From NCBI GenBank assembly GCA_039933735.1, contig JBDTNM010000001.1:1-59181 (forward strand): a stretch of 59,181 bases of DNA, given 5' to 3'. Under the pieces are notes generated by a model that worked only from the letters and a program-made list of their open reading frames with translations, was not told where the DNA came from and did not search any database. Position 1 is the stretch's first letter. Each line of letters begins with the position of its first letter. The DNA comes from a bacterium. GTDB lineage: Bacteria; Chloroflexota; Dehalococcoidia; Tepidiformales; Tepidiformaceae. Of this stretch, positions 19,068-29,358 are shown piece by piece. Both the position numbers and the translations under genes were made by a program.

Positions 19068-19667
19068 CTACTTCTTCTTGAACAGCTTCCCCAAGATGCC
19101 GCCAAGTCCAGGAGACTTCGACTGCGTTCCGGACGCCGAACTACTGCTCGCGCCACCGAGGCCGGCCAACAAGTCGCCGAGGCCGCCGGGCAGGTTCATG
19201 CCGCCCGTGCCACCAGCCAGCAGCTTCGCGAGGGCCGAAGCGTCGAGCCCGCCGGCCGACTTTTCTTTGCCCAGGTAACCCATCACGAGCGGGGCAAGCA
19301 TCTTGAGGACATCGGCCCCCTGGCCGCCGCTCAGCCCGCCAAGCGCGGAAACCTGCGACGCCACGGCAGAACTCTGATTGCCAAAAACGTGGCCGAGGAT
19401 CTTCTCGCCCTGCTGGGCCGAGTCAGGTTCCAGGTACTCGTCGCCGGCGAGGGCCGAACCATCGTGATCCTTGTCGAGGGCGGTCGCGAGGGCGGCGGCG
19501 CCATCTGGATGCTGCGTATTCTTGGCGAGGCCAGCGAGGATAGCCGGCAGTGCCGCGGAAACGGCCGAGTTCGCGGCCCCTGACGGAACACCGAGTCGGC
19601 CCGCGATCTGGTCGACCGTGCCGCGGCTTTCGAGTTGTTGCATGAGTGATTCAACGAGCGATGCCAT
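19068..19667 (-). CDS. DUF937-like protein
   Basis: MASLVESLMQQL...QIAGRLGVPSGAANSAVSAALPAILAGLAKN and the later Gly-rich repeats match my recollection of the DUF937 family. Start moved to the internal ATG. Confidence 0.55.
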   Translation of the reverse strand: MASLVESLMQQLESRGTVDQIAGRLGVPSGAANSAVSAALPAILAGLAKNTQHPDGAAALATALDKDHDGSALAGDEYLEPDSAQQGEKILGHVFGNQSSAVASQVSALGGLSGGQGADVLKMLAPLVMGYLGKEKSAGGLDASALAKLLAGGTGGMNLPGGLGDLLAGLGGASSSSASGTQSKSPGLGGILGKLFKKK

Positions 19668-19763
19668 TCGCGTCTCCTTCGCCGTTCGGCGTTCCGGCAA
19701 CGTACCACGCCGCCCGCACTCGGAAGACGTTCGTTGGGGCGCGCCCGCTATTTAGGGGACGTT

Positions 19764-21146
19764 TCAGTCGGGCCAGGTCGCATCCGCTTCGGCGACCAAT
19801 CCCGGAAGATCGCGTGGAAGCAAGACTCCCGCCGAAACGGCGCGATTAGCGGCGGCCCCGAACTTCGCGAGGAAAGCCGCCTTGCTGCCGTAGAGTCCAT
19901 GGATGTTTTCACGAGTGAAGGCGTGGCTGGAGCCTCCGAGCAGCGCGAAGATGTCGTCCGTCAGCGGTATGGCGCTGTTCTGGGCGAGCGGCACATCCGC
20001 CTGCGGCAACCGAATTCCCCCTACGGCAATGCCGTGTTCATCACGAACGACCTCAGCGGGCTCGCCGCTGAATTCGACCTTGGGTTGCGATGGAGGTGGG
20101 GTGCCGTCGGTCAGCCAGCGCTGCATGTGATGGAATGCGGCCTCGTAGAGCGGCAGCATCGGGAGGCGATTGATGCCCTGGGCGAGCGGCAAAGTCCGTA
20201 CACCGTCGCGCTCCATCTTCGCCTGCCGATCGCGCTGGTTCTGCGCCGAGACGTGGCAAGTGCCTGCGGATTCCCAGTAGCGGAAGGTCTCGGAATCCGG
20301 CTGGCGTACGCCGTGGCAGGCCATAGCTTCGAGTTCGGAATTGACCACGAACACCGGGACTCCCAGGTCATCGCGCAACAGGTTGGCGCCGCGCAACAGG
20401 TTCCGCGCTGGCGCGACCGCCGGAGCATTGATGTTCACGACGGTGTCACCGACTTCGAGGGGGCTGCCGGAGCCGAAGTAGATCGTCAGGATGAATCCGT
20501 CGAACGCCTTGCTTATCGGCTGGATCGCATTCACGTAGGTACCGAGGCGACCCGCGGATTGCGACGCTCCCTGGCCAACCACGCGCTGGACTTCGAGTCC
20601 GCCCATGGGGTCGACGGTGCGCGAGCGGCCCGGACCTACAGCGAGCGCGCCCTGCGTGAAAATGTCGTACGAATAGTCATCGCTGGGGATGGATAGCGTT
20701 CCGTAGCGCTCTGCATCCCACGAGGCCAGGCCCTGCGGAACCGGCGGCAGCCCTTCGATGCCGACCTTCTGTGTCGTAAGGCAGACAAGCGCGAAGCCGC
20801 CTTCAAAGATCTCCAGACTCTCCGCCCCGAACAGGTCGTAGCCAGCCGTAACGTTGTTCCAGGTCACCACCACCGTGCCGTTGAACTTCGCCGGATCGCT
20901 CGGGCGATACACAAGCATCCGCGTCCGGAACGGCGCCTGGTCGGCAGCTTCCACGTTCCAGTGGCCGTCACGGGAGAGTTCCGCCCCGGTTGCCAGGCGG
21001 TAGCGAGTGGCCGTTCCTTCGAGGAAGTACTCGTTTTCGACGTACCCGTACGACGCAACATCGAGCTGGGAAGCGGCGAACGGCCAGCCTTTACTTCCAC
21101 CGGTGATCGGCCCAGAAACGGTCGGGCGGGTCGCAATTTGAGTCAT
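19764..21146 (-). CDS. hypothetical protein (possibly an alpha/beta-hydrolase-related family)
   Basis: 460-aa ORF with coding-like composition. The N-terminus SGPITGGSKGWPFAAS...YVENEYFLEGTA resembles a conserved actinobacterial family, but no catalytic motif was recognised. Confidence 0.5.
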   Translation of the reverse strand: MTQIATRPTVSGPITGGSKGWPFAASQLDVASYGYVENEYFLEGTATRYRLATGAELSRDGHWNVEAADQAPFRTRMLVYRPSDPAKFNGTVVVTWNNVTAGYDLFGAESLEIFEGGFALVCLTTQKVGIEGLPPVPQGLASWDAERYGTLSIPSDDYSYDIFTQGALAVGPGRSRTVDPMGGLEVQRVVGQGASQSAGRLGTYVNAIQPISKAFDGFILTIYFGSGSPLEVGDTVVNINAPAVAPARNLLRGANLLRDDLGVPVFVVNSELEAMACHGVRQPDSETFRYWESAGTCHVSAQNQRDRQAKMERDGVRTLPLAQGINRLPMLPLYEAAFHHMQRWLTDGTPPPSQPKVEFSGEPAEVVRDEHGIAVGGIRLPQADVPLAQNSAIPLTDDIFALLGGSSHAFTRENIHGLYGSKAAFLAKFGAAANRAVSAGVLLPRDLPGLVAEADATWPD

Positions 21147-21207
21147 GGAATCCTCCAGTGTTCGCAGCCGGATTAGACGCTACGTGGGCGAATTCGTCGA
21201 GCCACGA

Positions 21208-22818
21208 TTACGCCTCATAGACGACTTCGCCGCCAACAACGGTCATGGCGATCGGGAGGTCGCGCAGTTCCGTCGTCGGGACGGAACGCAGGTCCGCGCT
21301 GAGCACGACGAGGTCGGCGAGTTTGCCCGGTTCGAGGCTTCCCTTGATCCGCTCTTCAAACGAGGCGTAGGCGCCGTTGATGGTGTGCATACGCAACGCG
21401 GTGGTCAGGTCGACGCGTTCGTTCGGGCCACAGACATCGCCGTCGCTGGTCGCCCGCGTCTGCGCCTGCTCGATACCGAAGAGCGGCCGGAAATCCGTCA
21501 CCGGCGAATCGGAAGAACCCGCAACGATGACTCCGGCATCGAGCAGGGACTTCGCCGGGAACATCACGTTCGCACGTTCGCGGCCATAGTTCTGAATGTA
21601 TCCATCACCGAATTCCCAGAAGAACGCGGGCTGCATCACCGGGACGATGCCCTGCGCCTTCACCCTGCGCTGAAGGTCCGGCGGCGTGATTCCGCAGTGT
21701 TCGATGCGGTGGCGAAGCCCATCGCGCGGGTATTCAGATTGCGCCCGCGCCATCGCATCAAGGGCCTGCTCAATGCCGCGATCTCCGACGGCGTGAACCG
21801 TGCACTGCCAGCCAGCCCTGTGAGCCCGGCCAATCAAGTCGTCGAGGTCTTCCTGTTTCCAATAAGCGATGCCGCTATCGTCCGAGTTCGACGCATATGG
21901 CTCCCGCGTAGCCGCCGTAGGCCCGGAACTCGAACCATCGGTGATGACCTTGAACGCCCCGATACGCAATCGCTCGTCGCCGAAGCCCGAATGGATGCCC
22001 GTATTCAGGATGCCAACGTGAGGGTGGGTTGCCGCGTTGACTGTGGTGAAGGCGTACATCCGCACCTTGATGTCACCCAACGCGATCAGCTCCTGGGCAA
22101 GGTCGAACGGCACGCCCATGAGTCCGCCGGCATCGTGAATGCTCGTCAGGCCTCCCGCCAGGACGGAGTCGTTCGCCGCTTTGAGCCATTGCCGCAATTC
22201 GGAACGAGTAGCGGCCGCAGCGGCGGACAGCGGGGCCATCGCCCGTTCGTATGCGACCCCGAGGAGTTGACCGTCTCCGTCACGGTCGTATCGGCCGCCA
22301 TCGATGTCTGGGGCCGTCAACGGCAACCGGGCGGCTTCGATAGCCTTCGTGTTCACCGCGACGATGTGGCCACATGTACGCGTGAAGATCACCGGGTGGT
22401 TCGGCGAAACTGGGTCGAAGTCATGCCTGTTGGGATGTCGGCCCTCCGCCAGCCGGAGCTGGTCATAGCCTCCGCCACGGATCCACGCGCCGGGAGGGAG
22501 CGTGGCGGCCTTCTTGCGTACTTCCTCGACAAGCGCGCGGATACTGCCCATGCCCGGAGCTTTACAATTGATGCCGTCGGCACCGGAACCAAGGCCCGTG
22601 ATGTGATGATGCGCATCGATGAACCCTGGAGTTAGCGAACGCCCGTTGAGGTCGACGCGGCGGGTGGATGACGAGGCCGAACCCTCGACCTGCGCGTTCG
22701 AGCCAACGGCAAGGATTCGGCCATCCGAAACGGCGACCGCCTCGGCGACGCGATTCTGGGCGTCGACGGTGTGAACGACACCGTTCGAAAAGATCAGGTC
22801 CGCGCGGTCTCCCGCCAT
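21208..22818 (-). CDS. amidohydrolase (YtcJ-like, Amidohydro_3)
   Basis: PGFIDAHHHI (HxH metal site), TVHAVGD, HRIEHCG, AGSSDSPV. Confidence 0.85.
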   Translation of the reverse strand: MAGDRADLIFSNGVVHTVDAQNRVAEAVAVSDGRILAVGSNAQVEGSASSSTRRVDLNGRSLTPGFIDAHHHITGLGSGADGINCKAPGMGSIRALVEEVRKKAATLPPGAWIRGGGYDQLRLAEGRHPNRHDFDPVSPNHPVIFTRTCGHIVAVNTKAIEAARLPLTAPDIDGGRYDRDGDGQLLGVAYERAMAPLSAAAAATRSELRQWLKAANDSVLAGGLTSIHDAGGLMGVPFDLAQELIALGDIKVRMYAFTTVNAATHPHVGILNTGIHSGFGDERLRIGAFKVITDGSSSGPTAATREPYASNSDDSGIAYWKQEDLDDLIGRAHRAGWQCTVHAVGDRGIEQALDAMARAQSEYPRDGLRHRIEHCGITPPDLQRRVKAQGIVPVMQPAFFWEFGDGYIQNYGRERANVMFPAKSLLDAGVIVAGSSDSPVTDFRPLFGIEQAQTRATSDGDVCGPNERVDLTTALRMHTINGAYASFEERIKGSLEPGKLADLVVLSADLRSVPTTELRDLPIAMTVVGGEVVYEA

Positions 22819-22928
22819 GTCGGCCTCCCGGAAGTGAATTCCCGGAGTCTATAGGAGCGAGCGCCGCCAGAGCGGGCTGCATGTTCTGCGAGATTCGAAC
22901 TTCGCGAACTTCAGCCCGTAACTGGCAT

Positions 22929-23591
22929 CTAGGACAGAGTCGCGCCCGTGCCGGTTTGAACAGGGTAGGCAGCCTGACAGAAGCCGTGGTTGCAATAGCC
23001 CATCGGGTTTCGCTGCAGGTACTGCTGGTGGTAGTCCTCGGCATAGTAGAAGGTACCGGCTGGCACTATTTGAGTGACGATTTCGCCGTATTTCGCCTTC
23101 GCAAGTTCCGTCTGGTAACGGTCTCGTGATGCAGCGGCCTGAGCCTGCTGCTCTTCGTCCTCGACCATGATGGCCGAACGGTACTGGGTGCCGATGTCGC
23201 CGCCCTGGCCCATCCACTGTGTTGGGTCGTGGTTCTCCCAGAAGACTTTCAGCAGCGACTCGTAGGCAACGACCTTCGGGTCATAAATGACAACGGCTAC
23301 TTCCGCATGGCCCGTGCGCTGAGTGCAGACCTCTTCGTAGCTTGGATTCGGCGTGTAACCTCCGGCGTAACCGACGAAGGTTGAATAAACGCCCGGCACC
23401 TTCCACATGAACTTCTCTGCCCCCCAGAAGCAGCCCATGGCGAACGTGGCTCGGGTCGTGCCCTCAGGCCATGGACCGACCAACGGCGTGCCCAGAACGA
23501 GGTGTTTCCCGTGGACCGGGACAGGGATGGAACGGCCCGGAAGGGCTTCGGACGCCGTGATCATGGCGGGTTGCTTGCGTTGGAATAGCAT
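22929..23591 (-). CDS. msrA: peptide-methionine (S)-S-oxide reductase
   Basis: ORF 22929..23900; start moved to ATG 23591 (MLFQRKQ). FAMGCFWGAEKF active-site motif, then GYAGG, HAEVV, YHQQYL. Confidence 0.9.
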   Translation of the reverse strand: MLFQRKQPAMITASEALPGRSIPVPVHGKHLVLGTPLVGPWPEGTTRATFAMGCFWGAEKFMWKVPGVYSTFVGYAGGYTPNPSYEEVCTQRTGHAEVAVVIYDPKVVAYESLLKVFWENHDPTQWMGQGGDIGTQYRSAIMVEDEEQQAQAAASRDRYQTELAKAKYGEIVTQIVPAGTFYYAEDYHQQYLQRNPMGYCNHGFCQAAYPVQTGTGATLS

Positions 23592-23620
23592 GGGTGACTC
23601 CGTGGGTGTGTCATTCGAGT

Positions 23621-26287
23621 CTACACAACCGGGAGGGTGGTTTTCGCGGAGGGACGCCTTCCCGATGTAAAGAACACTCGGCGGATCTGATCCAGGGCCA
23701 GGAAGACCGTGGCAGAGGCCGGGACCGCCAGCAACCAGACGGGATTCACGGCGTCCATTTCGAATACCCCATTGACGCCCGGTATGTAAATCAGCGCCAG
23801 CGCCAGCAAGAGTTCGAAGGCCAATCCGGCGGCGATCCAACGGTTCGACCAAAGGGATAACCGGGTCCGCAGAGAGCCGTCGCGCTGGGCGAAAAGGCAA
23901 CCGACCTGGCCACCCACGATGCAGAGAAAGGTCAGCGTGGCGGCCGCACTAGTCGTCGCATCGAAGTTCGCAAACGAATCGCCCGGTCGCCAGCCGGCCC
24001 AGAGGAAGCGGCCGAAGAATCCCGCCATGCCGAGCGAGGCTTCGATCGTCCCAAAAAAGAGGAACGTGCGCAGCGCCAGCCGTTTCGTCAATAGCGGCCG
24101 AGACGGGGGCTCTGGCGGAGCGGTCATGCTACCCCGAGAAGAAGGTTCGGCACCCAGGGCGAGCGCCGGCAAAAGGTCCGTCCCAACGTCGACAGCGAGG
24201 GCCTGGATGACGGCGAGGGGCAGCGGTACTGGAAGAAAGATGAAAATGAGGAAAGGAACCATCTCGGCGACGTTGCTGGTGAATACGTAGCTAATGAAGC
24301 GGCGGATATTCGCGGCGATCGACCGCCCTTCTTCGATACCCGTGACAATCGTCGTGAAGTTGTCATCAGCGAGGACGATGTCGGCCGCGTTCTTGGCAAC
24401 TTCAGTTCCGCGAAGACCCATCGCGACGCCAACATCTGCAGCGCGTAGGGCGGGAGCGTCGTTCACCCCGTCGCCGGTCATGACGACGACTTCGCCGGCT
24501 GCCTGCAGCACCCGGACGATACGAAGCTTCTGTTCGGGGTCGATTCGGGCAACGATGGCGTCACGCTTCAGGATGTCGCGAAGGCCGCTGTCCGGCATCT
24601 GGTCAATTTCCTGTCCGGTGACAGCCGGAATGCCATCCCAGGCGAGGCCAATCGCCCGGGCCACCGAGAGCGCGGTCGCCGGATGGTCGCCTGTGAGCAT
24701 GATTATGCGGACGCCGGCGTCGCGACAGGCCTGGATCGCCTCGGTAACGCCGGCCCGGGGCGGATCTGAAAACCGGACGATGCCGATCGGGGCGAGCTCG
24801 CTCTTCGTTGGCCCCGAAGCGAGCAAGATCACGCGGTCGCCGACGGAAGTGGCCTCCTCCATGCCTTTCACCAGAGGAGCGGGCATGTCGTCGCTGCCGA
24901 TGAGCTGCGTGACTTCCTCCGGAGCCCCCTTCGCGAAGGTGCGGTTAACGCCCGCAACTTCGCAGACCGTCACCATGTAACGGGCACGCGCGTCGAACGC
25001 ATCGCCGGTGATGCGTGGATTCTTCGCGACGATTTCGGCGGGCTTGGTGCCGTTTTCGCCCGCCCAGGCCCATAGCGCGCGGTCAATAGGGTCACCCGAT
25101 AGCGAGCCGTCGCCGCGTTCTTCGCAGTCATTGCAGAGGACCGCGGCAGCCAGCAATTCTTCTGACGGCTGTGACGACCCATCAAGCCCAGTAATGCCGT
25201 GAACGGTAACGGAATTCTCGGTTAGCGTGCCGGTCTTATCGGTGCAGATGACCGTCACGGACCCCACGATTTCGACTGCGGAAAGCCGTCTCACCACCGC
25301 GCCGCGTTCGGCCATTCTGCGGGCCCCGATGGCCAGGGAGACGCTCAGCGTAGGCAGCAAGCCTTCGGGGACGAGCGCAACGATTACGCCCGTGCCAAAA
25401 GTGAGCGCAGCGACGAACGAAGTATCTGTGAACACCGAAGCCAGGCCGAGCGTGGCTGTCCCGGAGAGAACGGCGACCGTCGCCGTGACGCGGGACAGCT
25501 GTCCAACCTGGCGCTCAAGAATGGACTCTCGGGCTTTCACACCTTCGACGAGGCCGGCGACCACACCGACGCTACTTGATACGCCGGTCGCGAAGACAAG
25601 CGCCGTCGCCGTCCCGCTCGCGACTCCCGCGCCTGCCGGGACGACGTTGCTTATTTCGCTGAGATGAAGGCTCCCGGGCCCGGAGCCAACCGCGGCCTCA
25701 GCGCGTTCAACCGGGGCACTTTCCCCGGTCAGCATCGAGAGATCGACCCGCAGACCTTCGCTCTGGAGCACCGAGCAGTCCGCCGGGGCAATATCACCCG
25801 CGCCGAGATGAATAACATCGCCCGGAACCAGGTCCGAAGCAGGGAGCACGACGAGGACGCCATCGCGCATCGCGCGAGCCTGTACGGCCACACTCCGCAA
25901 GAGCGCGTCAATGACTTGCTCGGCACGGTACTCCTGGACGAACGCAAAGACGCCGTTGAGGACGACCACTGCCACGACGGCGCCACCCAGCGCGGGAATT
26001 CCCGCCGCAAAGGCCAGCCCCGAAGCAAACCAAAGCAAAAGTGCCAGCGTGTGCGTGAACTGTGCGAAGAAAGTCCGGACCGGATGCGCCTTCTCAAGGT
26101 TGACGGGCTCGTTAGGCCCGAATTGGCGCAAACGGTTCTCGGCCTCGGATGCAGCAAGCCCCTGCAAGCCGGTTTCAAGCCGAGAAAGACGCTCGGATGG
26201 CTCCAGCCGAGAGAGCGCGGAAGCGTCGGCCGCTGGAACCGCAATGCCGTCTTTACCAGGCGTGCCACGCACCGGGGCTGGATTCAT
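23621..26287 (-). CDS. cation-transporting P-type ATPase (type II-like, Ca/Mg family)
   Basis: LTGESAPV (TGES), [12 protein letters not shown] (phosphorylation site), [23 protein letters not shown]-terminal [17 protein letters not shown] is the Cation_ATPase_N signature. Confidence 0.9.
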   Translation of the reverse strand: MNPAPVRGTPGKDGIAVPAADASALSRLEPSERLSRLETGLQGLAASEAENRLRQFGPNEPVNLEKAHPVRTFFAQFTHTLALLLWFASGLAFAAGIPALGGAVVAVVVLNGVFAFVQEYRAEQVIDALLRSVAVQARAMRDGVLVVLPASDLVPGDVIHLGAGDIAPADCSVLQSEGLRVDLSMLTGESAPVERAEAAVGSGPGSLHLSEISNVVPAGAGVASGTATALVFATGVSSSVGVVAGLVEGVKARESILERQVGQLSRVTATVAVLSGTATLGLASVFTDTSFVAALTFGTGVIVALVPEGLLPTLSVSLAIGARRMAERGAVVRRLSAVEIVGSVTVICTDKTGTLTENSVTVHGITGLDGSSQPSEELLAAAVLCNDCEERGDGSLSGDPIDRALWAWAGENGTKPAEIVAKNPRITGDAFDARARYMVTVCEVAGVNRTFAKGAPEEVTQLIGSDDMPAPLVKGMEEATSVGDRVILLASGPTKSELAPIGIVRFSDPPRAGVTEAIQACRDAGVRIIMLTGDHPATALSVARAIGLAWDGIPAVTGQEIDQMPDSGLRDILKRDAIVARIDPEQKLRIVRVLQAAGEVVVMTGDGVNDAPALRAADVGVAMGLRGTEVAKNAADIVLADDNFTTIVTGIEEGRSIAANIRRFISYVFTSNVAEMVPFLIFIFLPVPLPLAVIQALAVDVGTDLLPALALGAEPSSRGSMTAPPEPPSRPLLTKRLALRTFLFFGTIEASLGMAGFFGRFLWAGWRPGDSFANFDATTSAAATLTFLCIVGGQVGCLFAQRDGSLRTRLSLWSNRWIAAGLAFELLLALALIYIPGVNGVFEMDAVNPVWLLAVPASATVFLALDQIRRVFFTSGRRPSAKTTLPVV

Positions 26288-26373
26288 CCGGCCATTATGT
26301 CCCTAAGCGGACCACAAAGTGCGAGCAGGACGACTCATCGACAAGCGTGGCCGTTCTCAGACACAATCCACAG

Positions 26374-27436
26374 GTGCTGGCGAAGGTCCTTAGTTGCGCG
26401 GTGGTGGGCCTTGACGGCGAGCTAGTCGATGTCGAAGTCGACATCACGCGCTCGCAACTTCCGGGCACGACCGTCGTTGGTCTGCCCGATACGGCTGTCC
26501 AGGAATCGCGCGAACGCGTTCGGTCGGCCATCCGCAACAGCGGTCTGAACTGGCCCCCGAACAGCAAGGTGACGATCTCGCTTGCCCCGGGAGACCTCCG
26601 CAAAGAAGGCCCGGCGTACGACTTACCGATCGCGACAGGTGTGTTGCTCGCCTCCGGCCAGGTAGTCGCGGACGTCGCAGACGCTGTGTTCATCGGCGAA
26701 CTCGGGCTCACCGGCGAAGTCCGGCCGGTCCGTGGCCTGCTGCCGATGGTCATGCTCGCGGCCTCGCGCGGGATGAAGCGGGCGTTCGTGCCGGTCGACA
26801 ACGCTCCGGAGGCTGCCCTGGTCTCCGACATGGCTATCTACCCGGTGACGACGCTCGCCTCCGTGGCATCCCATCTGCTCGGCGCCATCCCTATCGACCG
26901 CTTCCAGCGTCCCACCGACAGTGCCGAACCCGAGTCTCCCCCAAACGTCACGAACTTCGCGGATGTCGTCGGCCAGGAGCATGTGAAACGGGCGTTGGAA
27001 GTGGCGGCAGCCGGCGGCCACAACATCGTCATGAAAGGCCCTCCCGGGAGTGGTAAGACGCTCCTCGCGCGGGCCGTGCCATCGATCCTTCCCCCGCTAA
27101 CCACGCCCGAAGCCATGGAAGTGACGCGCATTTACAGCGTCGCCGGCCTGCTTCCTTCGAACACCGGACTCGTCTCGAACCGGCCGTTTCGCGCGCCGCA
27201 CCACACGATTTCGAACGCTGGACTGGTCGGTGGCGGATCGATTCCGCGGCCCGGCGAGATAACCCTCGCTCATCGCGGAGTCTTGTTTCTGGACGAGCTC
27301 CTGGAGTTCGATCCGCGCGTTCTCGAAATGCTGCGCCAGCCAATTGAAGACAAGACGGTGACGATCAGCCGCGCAAAGCAGGCCGTCACGTTCCCCGCGA
27401 GCTTCATTCTGTGTGGAAGCTACAATCCATGTCCGT
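26374..27436 (+). pseudogene. comM: comM/yifB Mg-chelatase-like AAA+ gene, 5' ~350 codons only; truncated by insertion
   Basis: GTG 26374 gives [23 protein letters not shown]. Then [18 protein letters not shown], Walker A GPPGSGKT, Walker B VLFLDEL and ...YNPCPC. After ~27436 the frame continues without ComM-like sequence and the opposite strand encodes a recombinase. The C-terminal ~150 aa expected for ComM are missing. Confidence 0.8.
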
Positions 27437-29035
27437 GTCGTCAGTTTCTCCACAAGAGACGTTGGCGCCGAAGTTGTATTCCACCACGAGGCGAAGGTGC
27501 TGCTTCCCCTCGATCTCTTCCGTGTGGGCCGTCACGCGCTTCACGAGCAGCGTGAACAGGTCGATCCATTGCTCTTCCGAGAACCCCTCCTCGACCTTGT
27601 CCCGAAGCTGAGCGAGGAGGTCGTCTGGAACCGCGCTCCGATGGGACTTAGTCGGCCGCTCATCCGGAGTGAGTTCGACCAGGCGACGTTCCAGCGCTAC
27701 TCGGTCTTGCTCTAAGTCGGCCAACATCGAGACGATCTCGGCATCCGATACGTCCTCACTGACGGTCGCGAGTCGGAGTGTGCGTTTCTTCTGGGCTCCG
27801 AGGCTCAGGAGCTTGGATTGAACGATCAGGCGCTCCGTCTCACCGACTGCCTTCGACGGCTCGTCCGCCATCTCCACCACAAGGTCTTCAAGGACATCGC
27901 CCGGGAACAGCAGGAAAGCGCAGATGTCCCGTTGGATCATCGGTTCGATCACCGAGCCATCGATGCCCGCCGACGGGCAAAGGCCGTGATACCGAACGTA
28001 AGACTTCATGCGGCCATTGCACTTGTACCAGGACCGACCTCGCGACAGACCGCCGCTGTAATTCAAACCGCAATGAGCGCAACGAATCAGCGACCTCAAG
28101 AGATGCTTCGCGTGGGCAGCGTCGGGATTGCATTTTCGCCGACTTCGAATCGCGACCTGCGCCGCCTCCCACAACTCCTCGCTCACAATCGCGACGCATC
28201 TTCCGAAGATCACCTCGCGAACCGGCTTCGTGCCATCGCGTCGTTTCGGAGGATGCTTGCCGTAAGTCGTGGTGCCCTTATAGATGGGCTGGATTGCCAG
28301 CTCCCGAATCCGGGGCCCGCGCCAGGTGCCATCCGTCTTCTCCTTGCGTTTCCCGCGAAGCACCTCGCGACCATCCTTCCAGTAGGCCGTGGGAACCCCA
28401 AGGGAATTCCAGTAAACCGCGATCCGTTCCGGCGACCACTTTTCGACGGCCAGTAGTTCGTACATCCAACGAATCAAGCCGGCAGGCGACATGCCCTCCC
28501 AGAACGGTGCCTCGTCAATGACGTAGTGCGCGTTCTGCTTTCGCCCGGGCACGTCGAGGCCAAACGCGATGATCCCGCCGGTGTATCGGCCTTCGCGAGC
28601 AGCGCGCTCCATACCATCCCGAGAACGCTTCATGAAGGTTCTACGCTCGTGCGCGGCGAACGCCACTAGGATGCCATACATCAGCGGGTCCTCGACGCTC
28701 TCGCTAATCGAGACGACCTTCACCCCTACTCGCTCCAGGTCGCGGCGGACGATAAGCGGGTCGATGCCGTCGCGACCAAGCCGGTCGACCTTGTAGATCC
28801 ACAGTTCATCGAACTTGCCGCTTCGGGCATCGTCCAGGAGGCGAGCCCCGGCCGGCCGTTCGTCGAGGTCCAGCATTCCTGTGATGCCATCGTCGACGTA
28901 GCGCTCGACGACCTCCACATCTTCCTGAAGCCCGATACGCCTTTGGAGTTCCCCGTATTGGGTGAGAATCGTCTCTCTCTCGCGCTGGTCCACGGTCGAA
29001 ACGCGTTCGTAGGTGGCGATGGTCCGAGTGGTCAT
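27404..29035 (-). CDS. large serine recombinase
   Basis: The N-terminal resolvase domain has the catalytic Ser ([18 protein letters not shown]). It is followed by a recombinase domain, a zinc ribbon ([10 protein letters not shown]...WYKCNGR) and a coiled-coil C-terminus. Length 543 aa. Confidence 0.9.
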   Translation of the reverse strand: MTTRTIATYERVSTVDQRERETILTQYGELQRRIGLQEDVEVVERYVDDGITGMLDLDERPAGARLLDDARSGKFDELWIYKVDRLGRDGIDPLIVRRDLERVGVKVVSISESVEDPLMYGILVAFAAHERRTFMKRSRDGMERAAREGRYTGGIIAFGLDVPGRKQNAHYVIDEAPFWEGMSPAGLIRWMYELLAVEKWSPERIAVYWNSLGVPTAYWKDGREVLRGKRKEKTDGTWRGPRIRELAIQPIYKGTTTYGKHPPKRRDGTKPVREVIFGRCVAIVSEELWEAAQVAIRSRRKCNPDAAHAKHLLRSLIRCAHCGLNYSGGLSRGRSWYKCNGRMKSYVRYHGLCPSAGIDGSVIEPMIQRDICAFLLFPGDVLEDLVVEMADEPSKAVGETERLIVQSKLLSLGAQKKRTLRLATVSEDVSDAEIVSMLADLEQDRVALERRLVELTPDERPTKSHRSAVPDDLLAQLRDKVEEGFSEEQWIDLFTLLVKRVTAHTEEIEGKQHLRLVVEYNFGANVSCGETDDTDMDCSFHTE

Positions 29036-29154
29036 CGCAGCCCTCCGCGCTTCGGCTCAGCCGCGCGAATAGTCGCTCGATTCAGACGGAATGCGCTCAG
29101 CGCCTGGCGTTGCGTGTCGAGGGGAATCGGTGGGGCGAAGTACTGCCGCTGCAT
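29032..29154 (-). CDS. small ORF (40 aa) translationally coupled to the serine recombinase
   Basis: [45 protein letters not shown] lies 7-8 nt upstream of the ATG at 29154, and its stop overlaps the recombinase ATG (ATGA). The longer 91-aa version in the ORF track lacks an SD. Confidence 0.35.
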   Translation of the reverse strand: MQRQYFAPPIPLDTQRQALSAFRLNRATIRAAEPKRGGLR

Positions 29155-29358
29155 CGCGGTCACCTCCAAGAGTTCATCCGAGCCGCTTTGGAAGCCCAAG
29201 CGCCACACGAAGCGCACCGAGTTGCGCGGCCCGGTTCGGGTCGTACGTACGCATGACGTTCGGGGTGGTCGCAAGTCGGCGTCTCTGTGCGGGGTCCATG
29301 GCATCAAAGCTACATGGGGGTTTCGTCCGCTGTGTCGGCGAACTAGTGCAACTGACGG

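Noticed and set aside
26149-26373. N-terminal extension of the comM ORF (ATG 26149), and the 27437..27555 tail of the same ORF.
   Set aside because: The extension overlaps the divergent P-type ATPase start and has no ComM-like sequence; GTG 26374 gives the canonical N-terminus. The tail is read-through into inserted DNA antisense to the recombinase gene.
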